Below the pieces are notes generated by a model, which was given only the letters and a program-made list of their open reading frames with translations, did no database searches and had not been told where the DNA came from. A DNA stretch of 63,646 nucleotides, the filler included, from Chiloscyllium plagiosum (taxonomy: Eukaryota), in the NCBI RefSeq assembly GCF_004010195.1. It is 9 parts of 9 records of this genome, joined end to end, with 100 filler letters (N's around TTAATTAATTAA, not from the genome) between each part and the next. Parts side by side here need not be neighbours in the genome. Positions count along the whole stretch, not along the records: positions 60,444 to 63,646 come from NW_025189111.1; 8 more parts are not named here. The stretch is one strand, 5' to 3'. The first letter of the stretch is position 1. Each line of letters opens with the position of its first letter. The translations under genes and the position numbers were made by a program. This document shows positions 62,442-63,646 of this stretch, one piece after another.

Positions 62442-63646
62442 GTAAGTAAACCTCAATCCTCCGTTAATAACCCTTTTAATACTGAAACTTTCTAAAACAC
62501 AAATGCTGAAATGCTGCAGGTGTTAGTGGGGAGCTGCAGTGAATGAAATGGTTGATTGTGGAGCCCTGTGTCTAACAGGGTGTCCAGCTGTATTTCTGTA
62601 GTCCTATTGCCCCGCTTAAGCAGCAAGATATAAGTCAGTAAGTTTTCCTCACTGTGTGGAGGAGCTCTGTCCATTTGCAGCCTGTGGTCCCATTCCTGCA
62701 GCATGGAGTGAAATCAGTGAGTAGCCTCCTGCCAGCCTCAGTGTGACAGACACGGGCAGAGTTTGATGTGAGCTCTGGCTCCCTGTCCCAGTCTCTGATC
62801 TGATCTCACTGACCTCAGCAGCAGCAGCAGCAGCAGCAGCAGCACAGTGAGACACCGAGCTCCCACATCCCCCAGATTTAACTTTGCTCAATCACACAAT
62901 CACAGAATTGTTACAGTGCACACGGAGGCCGTTCCGCCCATCCTGTCTGTACTGGCTCTCCGAATGAGCAATTCACTGAGTGTCATTCTCCTGCCTTCTC
63001 CCTGTCACCCTGCACATTGTTCCTNNNNNNNNNNNNNNNNNNNNNNNNNNNNNNNNNNNNNNNNNTCTCACTTTTGCTTCTTTTACCAATTATTTTCAAT
63101 CCATGGCCTCTCCCTCTCAGTTCTTTCTCAGGTGGGAACATTTTCTCCTGGTTTAATCTGTTCAGACCCCTCCTGATTTCTTGATCAAATCTCCTCTCTG
63201 CCTTCTCTTCTCTGAGGAAGACAGTCCCAACTTCTTCAGTCTATCTTCATAACTAACATTCCTCATCCTCGATGGGTCAGATAGCCCACTCCTGCTCCTA
63301 TTTCTAATGTTCTTATTATCTTATCTTCCTTTGTGAGAGACACACATCAGATTTCCACTTAACACTTTGTGGCTGTACCTTCCCAGTCTTATTCCCAACA
63401 CTCCGTGCAGTCCCATCCTTACACAGTGACCCTGATTTAGAACTTATTACTCGCTCTCCCTCACTCTGAAACTGGGTCAAAAGTTCTATTCCTTATTCTG
63501 GTGCTATCTATCTCTCCCAGGATTCTGTGCACCTCTGTGTTCCTCTCTGGTATTACCTCCTGGATCCCACAGCCACCCAAGATAGTTTAAACCCTCTCCA
63601 ATAGCACGACTACATCACCCCAAAGGAACTCAGTCCCAGGTCTGTT

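Overview
This is cartilaginous-fish (shark) genomic DNA; similarity to nurse-shark Ig sequences and HE1-type SINEs suggests a carpet/bamboo/nurse-shark relative. The window is NOT one locus. It is nine unlinked scaffolds joined by 100-bp artificial spacers (N44-TTAATTAATTAA-N44), and each scaffold carries Ig-superfamily exons among CR1, Tx1, Penelope-like, Gypsy and SINE repeats. Contents by scaffold: (A) an orphan C1-set exon; (B) an intact split kappa (NS4-type) L-V-RSS12/RSS23-J cluster; (C) IgM Cmu2-Cmu3-Cmu4 with secretory tail; (D) a tandem array of decayed, RSS-less single-exon VJ-type V domains; (E) two tandem sigma-type light-chain L-V-J units with a Gypsy element and no visible C exon between them; (F) IgM Cmu1; (G) a kappa C exon; (H) six exons of a C1-TM-ITIM/ITSM inhibitory receptor, most missed by the ORF track; (I) a kappa V-J pseudogene. 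The best leads are the SIRP-like inhibitory receptor with splice-dependent tyrosine motifs, the non-rearranging VJ exon array, the V-J-V-J sigma arrangement, and a Tx1 3' transduction of LTR sequence. All exon and RSS calls were read by eye; family names rest on recalled similarity, not database searches.
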